Positions 25,324-35,519 of a DNA stretch of 64,000 nt are shown in pieces (position 1 is the stretch's first letter; every line of letters begins with the position of its first letter). Under the pieces are notes generated by a model. It had not been told where the DNA came from. It ran no database searches and saw nothing but the letters and a program-made list of their open reading frames with translations. A program made the translations under genes and the position numbers. Origin of the DNA: Candidatus Latescibacterota bacterium (GTDB lineage: Bacteria; Latescibacterota; UBA2968; UBA8231); assembly GCA_965197905.1 (NCBI GenBank), contig CBDAOB010000003.1, forward strand, positions 1,024,001 to 1,088,000, read 5' to 3'.

Positions 25324-26937
25324 TCACCCATCGCCGGCGAGGTCTTCCCTAGGCGTCGGGTCCACGACATCCCATTCGTGAAACCGCATCGCAGTAGGGT
25401 AGCCGATCGTATCCGCCATCGGTCCGATCTTGAGCCGCTTGCTCTTCGCCATCAGGCCCAACGGGTGAATGATCGGGAAGTAGACCACGTCGTCCCAGAC
25501 CAGCTCCTGCATCCTCAGGTATAGCTTCCGAAGCTGTTCGTGATCGGAAGTGGTGTCGACGCGTGCGGCCAGGGCGTCCACCTCCGGGTTCAGATAACCG
25601 TACGCGGCCTTGTAATGCCCGTCGCTGCGGAAGTTGGTTATGCTCAAGGGCAGGACCCCACCCCAGCCCCCAACGTAAAAATCGAACTCGCCGCGTAGCA
25701 TGCGTTCGCCGAGTATGGCGGCTTCCACCGCCTCGACTTTTACGTGAACGCCCACCCGCTTCCAATAGTCCTGGACGATGGTGGCGATGTCGAGACGGAT
25801 GCCGGCCATATCGATATCCCGCATCACGATGGTCAGCGGGCGCGACGGGTGCCAGCCGGCCTCCTGCAACAACGCTTTTGATTTTTCCGGGTCGTACTCC
25901 ATGCGGGGCAGGTCGAGGTGGCGCCAATCCAGGGCGGGCATAACCGTCACCGGCACCTCGGCGCCGCCGTAAGCTCCGTAGATGTTCTGGGAGATCGCTT
26001 CGCGGTCGATAGCATGGAAAAGGGCGCGGCGCACCCGCTGGTCCTGTAGTTCCGGGAGCGAGACGTTCATGGACACGTGGACGTTGGCGTTGTTGCGCAA
26101 CGGCACGATCTCCATGTGGGGCAGGGCGCCGATCTCCGATGCCGATGTTGGTGTCGGGGGGAAGCCAAGATCGAGCTGGTTGTTGATGGCGGCCAGCGCT
26201 TCATCCTTGTCGTGAAAGATAACCTCGTCGAGCTTGGGCGCTCCTAGGTGATAGTCGCGGTTCGCCTCCAGGCGCAAAAACTGGAAGGGCTGGGATTCCA
26301 CCAGCTTGAACGGTCCGGTGCCTACCGGATGGCGCCAGATCGGGTGCCCCTCCACCTTGCTGCTCTTGCCGACGATATCGAGCTGGTGTTTCGGCAGAAT
26401 TGAGATGACGCCGATGTTCCAGAAGAAGAAGGGGGAGGGACGGGCTAGGACGAAGCGGATGGTGTGGTCGTCCAGGACTTGAAGTCCGAGGATCTTGTCG
26501 GTCTTCTTGGCTAGGTAATCCTGATATCCAACCAGATTGTGGAATTGCCCGAGGCCGGCAGGTGAAATCAGGTATCCATCTAGAATGGTAAGAAAAGTGG
26601 CTTCCACGTCGCGGGCCGTGAACGGCACTCCATCGTGCCAACGCACGTCGCGGCGCAGGTAGAAGGTGTGAATGAGCCGGTCCGCGGTCGATTCCCAATG
26701 GGTGGCGAGGTTCGGGTACCGCGGTTGGTGCAGAACGTCGTTGTCGAGCAGGCGATCGTAAACGAACCACCAGGTGGGCCAGTGGCCGTCGTTGCGGTGG
26801 TGATACGGGGGCGGTGTCCAGACCTCGTTGAGCAATCGCAGCCGAATCTGGATGCTCTTCTTGACGGGCCGCGAATCGTCGCTTTCCTGATCTGCGCAGC
26901 CGGCGGCGAAGGCGACGAGAAGAAGAAAGACCCTCAT
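25324..26937 (-). CDS. ABC transporter family-5 substrate-binding lipoprotein (copy A)
   Basis: Lipobox FAAGC. Motifs NLATHWE, LRRDVRWHDG.PFTA.DV, GTGPFK, D.RVRRAL..AIDR and YDPEK.KALL.EAG. Confidence 0.88.
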   Translation of the reverse strand: MRVFLLLVAFAAGCADQESDDSRPVKKSIQIRLRLLNEVWTPPPYHHRNDGHWPTWWFVYDRLLDNDVLHQPRYPNLATHWESTADRLIHTFYLRRDVRWHDGVPFTARDVEATFLTILDGYLISPAGLGQFHNLVGYQDYLAKKTDKILGLQVLDDHTIRFVLARPSPFFFWNIGVISILPKHQLDIVGKSSKVEGHPIWRHPVGTGPFKLVESQPFQFLRLEANRDYHLGAPKLDEVIFHDKDEALAAINNQLDLGFPPTPTSASEIGALPHMEIVPLRNNANVHVSMNVSLPELQDQRVRRALFHAIDREAISQNIYGAYGGAEVPVTVMPALDWRHLDLPRMEYDPEKSKALLQEAGWHPSRPLTIVMRDIDMAGIRLDIATIVQDYWKRVGVHVKVEAVEAAILGERMLRGEFDFYVGGWGGVLPLSITNFRSDGHYKAAYGYLNPEVDALAARVDTTSDHEQLRKLYLRMQELVWDDVVYFPIIHPLGLMAKSKRLKIGPMADTIGYPTAMRFHEWDVVDPTPREDLAGDG

Positions 26938-27010
26938 TGTCGTCAACGGCGAGGCCGACGCCGGTGGACGCCAATCGCAATTCCGGCGACTCGGGTGGAC
27001 ACGAGGGCGA

Positions 27011-28642
27011 TCACCCATCGCCGGTGAGGTTTCGCCTCGGCGTCGGGTCCACCACATCCCATTCGTGGAACCACATCGCGGTGGGGTAGTTGAGAGTGTC
27101 CGGCATCGGCCCGATCTTGAGCCGCTTGCTTTTGGCTATCAGAACCAGCGGATGGAGCAGCGGAAAGTAAACTACATCATCCCAAACCAGCTCCTGCATT
27201 TCGAGGTAAAGCTCCCGCAGCTCTTCCCGATCAGAGGTGGTGTCGACGCGGGCGGCAAGGGCGTCTACTCTGGGATTGAGGTAACCGTAGGCGGTCTGGG
27301 AGGGTGCATTGCTGCTGAAGTTCACCATGTTGAGGGGGAGAATGTCGGTCCATCCTCCTAGGTAGAAATCGAATTCCCCGCGCAACATTTGCTCGCCGAG
27401 GATCGCGGCTTCTATCGCTTCGACTTTTACGTTTACACCCACCCGTTTCCAGTAGTCCTGCGCGATAGTGGCCAGATCGAGACGGATCCCGGCCATATCG
27501 ATGTCCCTCAGTACGATCTTCAACGGCCGCGAGGGATTCCAGCCGGCCTCCAGCAACAACGCTCTCGCCTTTTCCGGATCGTACTCCATGCGTGGTAGAT
27601 CAAGATGGCGCCAGGTCACGGCAGGCATCACCGTCACCGGCACCTCCGCGCCCCCGTACCTACCGAAGATCCCCTGGGAGATGGCCTCCCGATCGATGGC
27701 ATGGAAGAGGGCGCGGCGCACGCGGACGTCTTGAAGCTCGGGCAGCGAGACATTCAATTTGATGGTGGCGTTGGAGTTGCTGTGCATCGCGAGGATTTCC
27801 ATGTGGGGTAGGGCGCCGATCTCGGCTGCCGCCGACGGTGTCGGAGGAAACCCTAGATCCAGCTGATTGTTGATGGCAGCCAACGCCTCATCCTTGTCGT
27901 GAAAGATGACCTCGTCGATCTTCGGTCTCCCGCGGTGATAATCGGCATAAGCCTCCAGTCGCAGGAACTGAAAAGGTTGGGTCTCCGCCAGCTTGAACGG
28001 TCCGGTGCCGAGCGGCCCTGGATCGCGCCAGATCCTGTGGCCCTCCACCCTCTTGCTTTCGCCCACGATGTCGAGCTGGTGTTTCGGCAGGATGGAGACG
28101 ATGCCGACGTTCCAGAAGAAAAAGGGAGCCGGCCGCGTCAGCTCGAAGCGGATCGTATGGTCATCCAGGACCTGGAGCCCATCGATTTTCTTGGTCTTCT
28201 TGGCGCGGTAATCGTCAAAGCCAACCAGCAGATAGAATTGGCCTAGACTGACCGGCGCAATGAGGTAGCCATCCAGAATAGTGAGGAAGGTAGCTTCCAC
28301 GTCGTGGGCCGTGAACGGTTTGCCGTCGTGCCAGCGGACGTCGCGGCGCAGGTGGAAGGTGTGTTTGAGCTGGTCGGCGCTCGTTTCCCAATGGGTCGCC
28401 AGGTTGGGATACTGCGGCTCGTGTTGAAGGTTGTTGTCGAGCAGCCGATCATAAACGAACCACCAGGTGGGCCAGTGGCCGTCGTTGCGGTGACTGTAGG
28501 GAGGAGGGGTCCAGACTTCGTTCAGCAGCCGGAGCCTCACCTGGATGCTTTTCTTAGGGGGCCCAGAGACCTGGTTTTCCTGGCGCGCGCAGCCAGCGGG
28601 GAACATGGCGAGCAGGAGGCTTGCCGCGATGAGCAGTCGCAC
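27011..28642 (-). CDS. ABC transporter family-5 substrate-binding lipoprotein (copy B)
   Basis: Lipobox FPAGC and the same motifs as copy A, with long identical stretches. Start uncertain (28642 or further upstream). Confidence 0.88.
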   Translation of the reverse strand: MRLLIAASLLLAMFPAGCARQENQVSGPPKKSIQVRLRLLNEVWTPPPYSHRNDGHWPTWWFVYDRLLDNNLQHEPQYPNLATHWETSADQLKHTFHLRRDVRWHDGKPFTAHDVEATFLTILDGYLIAPVSLGQFYLLVGFDDYRAKKTKKIDGLQVLDDHTIRFELTRPAPFFFWNVGIVSILPKHQLDIVGESKRVEGHRIWRDPGPLGTGPFKLAETQPFQFLRLEAYADYHRGRPKIDEVIFHDKDEALAAINNQLDLGFPPTPSAAAEIGALPHMEILAMHSNSNATIKLNVSLPELQDVRVRRALFHAIDREAISQGIFGRYGGAEVPVTVMPAVTWRHLDLPRMEYDPEKARALLLEAGWNPSRPLKIVLRDIDMAGIRLDLATIAQDYWKRVGVNVKVEAIEAAILGEQMLRGEFDFYLGGWTDILPLNMVNFSSNAPSQTAYGYLNPRVDALAARVDTTSDREELRELYLEMQELVWDDVVYFPLLHPLVLIAKSKRLKIGPMPDTLNYPTAMWFHEWDVVDPTPRRNLTGDG

Positions 28643-28754
28643 TCGGTCCACAACCCGATCAATCGCTGACCGATTTTTGGATGCCAGCGCAAGGCGCTGT
28701 GCTGGTAATTGCGTTGCGGAACTTATGTTTCCGCCGGCATGGTCCGACATATAG

Positions 28755-29825
28755 TCAGGCCGGCCCCTCGTTCTTCCACCAGCGCAACTCATTACCCCCA
28801 CTGGCGGCAACGACAGCCAGATCGAGCCGGCCATCTCCGTCCAGATCGACGAGTATCGGTTGGGTGACACCGGCCCAGCTCTCCTTCAGTACCTGCATCT
28901 GCCACAGCCCACGAGGATCACCTTCATGTTTGAACAAGGCAACCCGTCCCTCGCCGACCGAACTGGCGACCACTTCCATCTGACCATCGCCGTCGACATC
29001 TCCGGCTACCGCCTCGAACGCTCCCGGGAAATCACCGATCAGATGTTTGTCCCACGGCGTTGCCTCAGGTGAACCGTCATTCTCATACCAGACAATCGAT
29101 CCGCTGTGATCCTGCCTGTCGTGAAACGCCATTACAACATCGGTTTGGCCGTTGCGGTCGATGTCGACTGGATGACCGTGATAGGGCCCGATCGCCTCGT
29201 CGATGACATGCTTCTGCCATTTTAACCCGGTCTCATCCCCGAGGTTTCTATACCAGACCACCTGATTCCCCGTGCAGGCCGTGCCCAACAGGTCGATGCG
29301 CCCGTCGTCGTCGAAATCGGCGGCACAGATCGTGCGAGTCTCGCCCATGTTCGTGTCGACGAAATGGCGCTCCCACTGCCCATTGCGGCGCTTGAACCAG
29401 CAGAACTGATTGCCGATGCGCCAGCCGGAAGCCGCCAACTCCAGCTCTCCGTCACCATCCAGGTCGGCCACCGTGACATCCGAGACATAATAGTTTCGCC
29501 ACGACGAAATTTCTCGAGGATTGCCGTCGTACTCGAAGCAGATCAAACAGCCGTTGATATTGTCGACGGCGATGATCTCCCACCTGCCGTCCCCGTTGAG
29601 ATCGACAAGGATATGCCGCTCCAGCCATTCCCCACCCCGACGGTGGATCAGATGCCGGGTGAAGTTGCCGTTGCCGTTGTTCTCGAAAAGATTCAAACCC
29701 GTATTGAGATCTCCAACCATCAGATCGAGACTGCCAGTACCGGTGAAATCGGCGGCGGAGACGCCGTAGGAGTAGGTGAATCCGTCTTGGATCAGGTGTT
29801 CGGAAAAGCGTACGAACTCGACCAT
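28755..29825 (-). CDS. FG-GAP/VCBS repeat beta-propeller protein
   Basis: Repeated D(L/F)DGDG.xD(L/I) and V.WYEN.G motifs. Confidence 0.82.
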   Translation of the reverse strand: MVEFVRFSEHLIQDGFTYSYGVSAADFTGTGSLDLMVGDLNTGLNLFENNGNGNFTRHLIHRRGGEWLERHILVDLNGDGRWEIIAVDNINGCLICFEYDGNPREISSWRNYYVSDVTVADLDGDGELELAASGWRIGNQFCWFKRRNGQWERHFVDTNMGETRTICAADFDDDGRIDLLGTACTGNQVVWYRNLGDETGLKWQKHVIDEAIGPYHGHPVDIDRNGQTDVVMAFHDRQDHSGSIVWYENDGSPEATPWDKHLIGDFPGAFEAVAGDVDGDGQMEVVASSVGEGRVALFKHEGDPRGLWQMQVLKESWAGVTQPILVDLDGDGRLDLAVVAASGGNELRWWKNEGPA

Positions 29826-29840
29826 CTCAGGATAATGCTT

Positions 29841-30293
29841 TCAAGCGGAAGGGCGCGTGAATCTATTGTTGCCCGTGGCGAAGTAGGCGTCCATGGGTAG
29901 GAAATAGGACTCTTCCCACCAGGGTGCCGAGAATCGAGTCTGCTCCGCGGGCAAGCCGGAATGGTGAATTATGATCGTGGTGCCATCATCGTGGGGGAAA
30001 CCTATACCGCCGTAGTTCTGACCGGTTGCCAGCGACCACTCTATCCGCGACTCGGCAGTGCCACCCTCTGGCAGGGACACATGCCACCTCTGCGCGATCC
30101 GGTGGTACGGCTCTATTTCGACATTCACGCCGGTGATCTGCGCGTCAAGTGTGTTGAACTTATCGCCGGCTGTTGCGGTTATATCAGCGGCGGCTCCAGT
30201 CATGGCGGAATGTTCCCGACTGTCCAGCCACGCTTCGAACAGGCGCTTGGGAGAGGCACGCACCACGCGGCGGGTCTCGTATTCACCGGCCAT
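29841..30293 (-). CDS. SRPBCC/AHSA1-like protein
   Basis: Motifs ASPKRLFEAWLDS.EHSAMTG, RIAQRW and WEESYF.PM..YF. Confidence 0.8.
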   Translation of the reverse strand: MAGEYETRRVVRASPKRLFEAWLDSREHSAMTGAAADITATAGDKFNTLDAQITGVNVEIEPYHRIAQRWHVSLPEGGTAESRIEWSLATGQNYGGIGFPHDDGTTIIIHHSGLPAEQTRFSAPWWEESYFLPMDAYFATGNNRFTRPSA

Positions 30294-30392
30294 ACGTCAT
30301 TCGACCTTTGAATCGTGTCCAGGTCGAGCTGAAAGAGCCACCAGGCAGTTACAGATCAGGGCGTCCCTTGAGTCTGAAACCGCAGTTGCTCT

Positions 30393-31247
30393 TCACTCCG
30401 GCGCAGTGCGGTTCTTGATATCGATACCATTGCCGCGCTCCTCCACGATATCCTTGATGGTCTCATAATGGGCCATCGCGGCCATCTCCAGGGTCTCGGG
30501 CGAAAGGCGGGCGCGGATCTCCTCGGAGAATGGCTCAGACGAGCCGCCCACGTTGTACTGCAGGTTGTAACGCATGATCAGAAATCGCCGGTCCCGATCC
30601 TCTGGCTTCCAGTTAAGCACGCCGTGGATCGTGCGTTCGGATATGATCACCACGTCACCAGCCTTCGGGGTAATGTTGGCCACGCCCGGAGCCACGTAAT
30701 CGGCCACGAACCCATCATAGTAGGTGCTGGAGTAATAATAATCCTTGGGAAAGAGGAACTCGCTCTTGTGTGAACCGGGAATCACCACCAATCCGCCATC
30801 GCCTGGGAAGACGTCGGTAAGGTAGAAAAAGAAGATGAAATCGGTACAGCGGATCTCACCGTTATTGATGTAATAGCGCCGGGTGTCGGGCTGTTTGCCG
30901 ACCGTCCAGCCAGCATGCAACGGGTGAAAGCAGTGGTGGTGGGTATTGTAGCCCAACGTGCCGCTCCCGAATCGGGGCCGGTAATTGGTGAACTCCATCA
31001 TGATCGGCCAGGTGGTCGGGTGCACTACAAGCTGTTCTAGTGCTTTGTCGAAGGCGAAACCGTGCTGATAGCCGGTGACATCCTTGCGTTCCAGGTCGGC
31101 GCCGAATCCGGCAGGCCATTCCGCGGGTGGCATCGTGATGTAGCGGTCGGCCGCTGCCTGGGCACTTTTCAACTCCTCCTGGCTGAGGACGTTTTCCACG
31201 TGCAGATATCCCGCTACGTCGAAGAAATACCGCTGTTCGGGTGTCAT
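30393..31247 (-). CDS. PhyH-family dioxygenase (HxG variant)
   Basis: Motifs MTPEQRYFFDVAGYL, LHAG, YLTDV.PGDGG.VVIPGSHK and IHG...W...RDRR. Confidence 0.85.
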   Translation of the reverse strand: MTPEQRYFFDVAGYLHVENVLSQEELKSAQAAADRYITMPPAEWPAGFGADLERKDVTGYQHGFAFDKALEQLVVHPTTWPIMMEFTNYRPRFGSGTLGYNTHHHCFHPLHAGWTVGKQPDTRRYYINNGEIRCTDFIFFFYLTDVFPGDGGLVVIPGSHKSEFLFPKDYYYSSTYYDGFVADYVAPGVANITPKAGDVVIISERTIHGVLNWKPEDRDRRFLIMRYNLQYNVGGSSEPFSEEIRARLSPETLEMAAMAHYETIKDIVEERGNGIDIKNRTAPE

Positions 31248-31286
31248 CTTGGCTCCAATCGAAGTTGACAGTAGGCGCTATTTAGA

Positions 31287-31315
31287 AGTCTACCTTTAGC
31301 TGTATTCACGGTCAA
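31287..31315 (-). promoter_or_regulatory. Sigma70-type promoter for the 30393-31247 gene
   Basis: On the minus strand: TTGACC, 17-bp spacer, TAGACT. Confidence 0.5.
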
Positions 31316-31430
31316 GCAACCCAGTCGCCCAACGCCAATCAATGGGCTCGACTAGCTTAATCGACTATATTGCCGGCGCCGTGGATGCCAACCCTCAGAG
31401 GTTTGACGACACACACACCCCAATCTATAT

Positions 31431-34409
31431 ATGGGACGCAACGCTAGACTGTTGAACTACCTTTATACGCGCGTTCTTTCGTCGAAATTGCCAGCACTAC
31501 TCCGATTCGCGATTGCAAGCCACGTCTCACTGTTGGTGGCCGCCGGAATTTGTCAGGAGAGACTGGTCCAGGGACCCGAGAGTATCGAGCCGTCCGCGAC
31601 CTATCTGAAACGCCCGGTGAGATCTTACACCAACTACGCCGACCAACCTTACCTGAATTACCCGAACCATTCTTTCCCGTACGCCGACATAAGACAGACG
31701 TTCTACGGTCCTATGGGCGACTACCTCGCCAACGGTTTCGATCTCTACTCCTGGACCGAGACCCGCAGGCCAGAGCAGATTTACGGCAGCGCCATTTTCA
31801 CGGACATGGGTCGCATGCGTGGCATCATGGAGCACGTCGTCAGCGTCCGCGATGGCTACGGTCGCTGGGGATACACAGCGATCGTTGGCGATGGCCTCAT
31901 GGCTCGCTTCACACCCCTTACCCTTTCGAAGTCAGATTTTAATGGCGTGCGGCTGGACCTGGCCGCACCCGCTCTGCAAGTAACCTTCTTGGGTTCGCGC
32001 ATCGAACGTACGCGTTACTTCTGGGACGGCGGCAACCATCCTAATTGGTCGGTGGAAGACACCGATTTTGCCGCCGCATCGACCATGCTGTTGGGTGCGC
32101 GCCTTCAAGGCAGCATCGGCGCGTTGCGCTACGGGGTAAACGGAGCCAATCTGCACGTCTACCAGAGCACAAAAACTGGCAACAGCATGAAGGGATCGCT
32201 GCGTCCGGAGCAGTCGCCCGTGGATTGGGTAGTAGTTCGCGTCTCCGACGACTCGCCGGCCGTCGCCGGCGCCGGTGCTACCGTGCAGGAGGTGCGTTTG
32301 CTGGTCAACGGCGACCCCCGTCCCGACCTCATCCCGGGGATTATCCGTCACCGGGCCAACGCGCCGATCCAGATGGGTACCGTCTCGCGCGCCACTGGAG
32401 AGTTCACTTCGATCCCCTACAATACCTTCAACGGCTATTATCAAAACGCGCCCAGCTACTACCGTGGACGTAACGAAGTCCCATTGTATGCAGACTACTT
32501 CTATCGCCTCGACCACGATCAGGGCACTGACGTGTCCGATATCACCAACCTCGAGGGTTTGCTCACCCACTTTCAAACCACCTCGCCCGAGGTAGTTCAG
32601 CATGTTCGTGGCGAGGAGCAGGTCGTCTTCCTGTTCGATTTGAGTTCGGAGCCGGATGTGGAGAAAGTCGAGGTGGAAGCTGTGCTCGGCAACGACTTTC
32701 ACGTGGAAGTGGCAACGTTGAACCTGGATAATCCGCGGGGCCGCAACTATGGCACGCAATTCAGGTCCACTTTCTACCGGACCGCCATGCGTGCCGAAGG
32801 TCAGGTAGAGGACATGTCCAACCTGAGGCGACGACGGTTCTCGATCCGGGAAGACACCGCGTTGTTTACCTACAGTGTGGATCTGGGTTTGAGCTTGGCA
32901 GGTCTCGAGCTGACGGGAGAGTACGCACGCTCGGCCCTGTACGGCCGTTACCCGGCCCGCATCGACGGATCCCCGGAATTCACCCGAGGCGGTCGCTCGA
33001 TGCGCCGTGGCGACGCCTTTTTCGTCAACGGCATGCGGCAGTTCGCGGGAGATCGCGCTGTCGTTGGTGCCGAATGGTTCTCCATGGACCCGGATTACGG
33101 CACCCAGCTTCGCACCTTCGTACCGTTTGAAACGGGGCTAACCTCGGGCCATCTGGCTGGCTTGGTCAACCAGACCGTTTATTGGGACCTCGTGCACGAC
33201 AACGAGGATGGCGATCGTTACCCGGACAGTCACCTGGGAAACATTCTAGGAACTCCCCGAGATGGCCAGGACAAAGACGCAGATGGGGTTTTCATCGGTC
33301 AGGACCGCGACAAAGACGGCCTACCGGACACCAACCGCAATTTCAACGATCTCCCGGACTACGAAGAGCCGTTTCTCATGTGGGATGTGGAGCCCAACGA
33401 ATACACCTACGGGCTCGACCGGAACAACAACGACGAACCAGACCTGCGGGAGGATGATGGTGATCCCGACTATCCGTACGATGCCGATCAGCAAGGATTC
33501 CATTTTTTTGCGCAGTTCAACCTTTCACCGCATTGGTCGATCAGTGCAGGCAGGTACGCAGTAAGCGAGGTTGCCGGACCGGGTCAGAATCGCTCCACCT
33601 ATGCGTTGCTCAGTTATCGCCGGGAACGCCCAATCTACCTGCGACGACTTTTCTTCGAGAACCATCTCCGCCGCGTGGAAGATGACGTCCCTGATCGATA
33701 CACCGTCAGAGACGAGACCTCCAGGCCACTCAATCTAGGTTCCCGGGGGAGCTCATTGCGTCTGGGTGCTCCCTCGTTCAGCTACGGCTTTCGCGACGAT
33801 CCCCTGTTTTACCAGGACAGCTTTGTGAATGAGACCTATGTGGAAGCTCGCCTACAACCGTATAGTGGATTCGAGTTGACGCAGCAACTGCGGATTCGTC
33901 TCAACTGGCAGCGTGGCGGCCAACTCCATAGCGGCGGATTCCAGAGAGAACGGCGGCTCGACCTTTGGAACATCGTGAGCCGCGCCGAGTACAATTGGCA
34001 TCTACGGTCGGTGACCGTACAGCCCCAGCTAAAGATCATGTCACTGCGTTTGCAGGACCGCGACACCGATCAGCAACTGCGCGATGAGTATCGCATTATT
34101 CCGATCCTCCGCTTGCAGTACCCGCTCATGCAGCGAACGGTGCTGCGATTGGGCTTGCAGGGTGCCGGGCCACTTCCCTATCGAGTAGAGGACAATGCGC
34201 AACCGCGGCGCAACTTCAAACAACGAACAGCTTTTCTGACCTTGACCAATCGCTCCGTCTATTTCGGTTACGATCTTTACACCATCCTAGGAATTCAGCG
34301 AGATGAGAAGAGGTTCGAGGATCGTTCTCAGACCGTGGGCGAGCGAAACTCATGGTCCTTCTTTGTGCGCGGATTGATCGGTTTCACCGAGCACGGACCT
34401 TTGCTTTAA
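31431..34409 (+). CDS. Large secreted hypothetical protein, putative outer-membrane beta-barrel with Asp-rich Ca-binding repeats (paralog 1)
   Basis: Signal-like N-terminus (true start may be near 31488), DxDxDG-type repeats at about 33200-33500, amphipathic strands ending FFVRGLIGF. Colinear with 50295-53246. Confidence 0.75.
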   Translation: MGRNARLLNYLYTRVLSSKLPALLRFAIASHVSLLVAAGICQERLVQGPESIEPSATYLKRPVRSYTNYADQPYLNYPNHSFPYADIRQTFYGPMGDYLANGFDLYSWTETRRPEQIYGSAIFTDMGRMRGIMEHVVSVRDGYGRWGYTAIVGDGLMARFTPLTLSKSDFNGVRLDLAAPALQVTFLGSRIERTRYFWDGGNHPNWSVEDTDFAAASTMLLGARLQGSIGALRYGVNGANLHVYQSTKTGNSMKGSLRPEQSPVDWVVVRVSDDSPAVAGAGATVQEVRLLVNGDPRPDLIPGIIRHRANAPIQMGTVSRATGEFTSIPYNTFNGYYQNAPSYYRGRNEVPLYADYFYRLDHDQGTDVSDITNLEGLLTHFQTTSPEVVQHVRGEEQVVFLFDLSSEPDVEKVEVEAVLGNDFHVEVATLNLDNPRGRNYGTQFRSTFYRTAMRAEGQVEDMSNLRRRRFSIREDTALFTYSVDLGLSLAGLELTGEYARSALYGRYPARIDGSPEFTRGGRSMRRGDAFFVNGMRQFAGDRAVVGAEWFSMDPDYGTQLRTFVPFETGLTSGHLAGLVNQTVYWDLVHDNEDGDRYPDSHLGNILGTPRDGQDKDADGVFIGQDRDKDGLPDTNRNFNDLPDYEEPFLMWDVEPNEYTYGLDRNNNDEPDLREDDGDPDYPYDADQQGFHFFAQFNLSPHWSISAGRYAVSEVAGPGQNRSTYALLSYRRERPIYLRRLFFENHLRRVEDDVPDRYTVRDETSRPLNLGSRGSSLRLGAPSFSYGFRDDPLFYQDSFVNETYVEARLQPYSGFELTQQLRIRLNWQRGGQLHSGGFQRERRLDLWNIVSRAEYNWHLRSVTVQPQLKIMSLRLQDRDTDQQLRDEYRIIPILRLQYPLMQRTVLRLGLQGAGPLPYRVEDNAQPRRNFKQRTAFLTLTNRSVYFGYDLYTILGIQRDEKRFEDRSQTVGERNSWSFFVRGLIGFTEHGPLL

Positions 34410-34444
34410 ATGTTCGCGTTCGCCTCTGTTGCCAAGGAGATCCC

Positions 34445-35449
34445 ATGAATCGCCCACCAGAAAGTTTTGTCGTTGTCAAAGAAGAGAGGTTGCTGGAATT
34501 CTCCACCACCTGCTTCCAGAGGGCCGGCCTCGATGCCGACCACGCGTCGGTCATTAGCCGACTCCTGGTGAACTCCGACCTGCGCGGCGTCCGCACCCAC
34601 GGTACCGCCGCAATGAATCGCTACTGCGAGAGCTTCGAAAACGGAACTCATAATCCGCGCCCGAGCCTTACCGTTTTGAGTGAGACGCCGACGACCGCTG
34701 TTGTCGACGGTGACGGCTCCCTCGGATATTTACCGATGGTCAAGGCAACCGAGCTCGCCATTGCCAAGGCGAAAGAGCTGGGGTTGGGCATGGGTATCGC
34801 GCGAAACATCGGTCATTACGGCTCCGCCGGGCATTACGCGCGCATGTGTATGGAAGAGGGATGCATAGGTTTTTCGGTACAGGGATATCACGAATTGGGC
34901 AACGCCCACGACCGCGAAGAGAAACCGCAGATCGGATATTTCGGCAATCCACCGATCTGCTTCGCGATACCGGGAAAGGACGGGCCTCCGGTGGTTCTGG
35001 ATGCCGCCACCCGAATCCTCGCCGACTACCAGACCGGGCCGGAATTCGACAAGCTGCTGGATTTCATTCCGGCTGCGTTCTTCAAGAGCATGGGGTACAC
35101 GGCGGTGGCCGGGTTGCTGGGTGGCGCATTGACAGGCTTCAACCTTCCAGAGGGGGACAACATTCGCGCTCGCTGGCCGAATGCGGCCAAAGGAGGCATG
35201 GTGCTCGCCATTCGCATTGATTCCGTCGTCCCCGAGGAGGTTTTTCGCACCGAGGTAGACCGCCTCGTTCGCGACGTGCGCGAAAGCTACGAGCCGATGC
35301 CGGCCACCGATCGACCGCTACTGCCAGGCGCGATCGAGCAAGAGCGCTTCGAGATGCATCGCCGGGATGGAATCCGGTACGGCGAAAACGAGCAAGCCGA
35401 GGCGCGCCTGGCCAGCGAGCGGCTCGGGGTGCCGTTGCCCTGGGATTAA
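34445..35449 (+). CDS. Ldh_2 family (type 2 malate/L-lactate dehydrogenase-like) oxidoreductase
   Basis: Motifs DLRGV.THG, VVDGDG.LG, GHYGSAG.Y, GNPP..FAIP and LDAAT. Confidence 0.85.
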   Translation: MNRPPESFVVVKEERLLEFSTTCFQRAGLDADHASVISRLLVNSDLRGVRTHGTAAMNRYCESFENGTHNPRPSLTVLSETPTTAVVDGDGSLGYLPMVKATELAIAKAKELGLGMGIARNIGHYGSAGHYARMCMEEGCIGFSVQGYHELGNAHDREEKPQIGYFGNPPICFAIPGKDGPPVVLDAATRILADYQTGPEFDKLLDFIPAAFFKSMGYTAVAGLLGGALTGFNLPEGDNIRARWPNAAKGGMVLAIRIDSVVPEEVFRTEVDRLVRDVRESYEPMPATDRPLLPGAIEQERFEMHRRDGIRYGENEQAEARLASERLGVPLPWD

Positions 35450-35519
35450 TGCTTTCAGCTGTTGTCCAGCCTCGTCTGGCGTATCTGGCGGTGCCACGAC
35501 GATGTGACCACCCTTCGCA

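Noticed and set aside
25324..28642. Tandem SBP copies as an assembly artefact
   Set aside because: The copies differ at many synonymous and non-synonymous sites and have different signal peptides.
31403..31431. Promoter TTGACG-17-TATATA and (AC)n tract upstream of paralog 1
   Set aside because: The -10 lacks the conserved final T and the AC run is short. Too weak to call a promoter or phase-variable tract.
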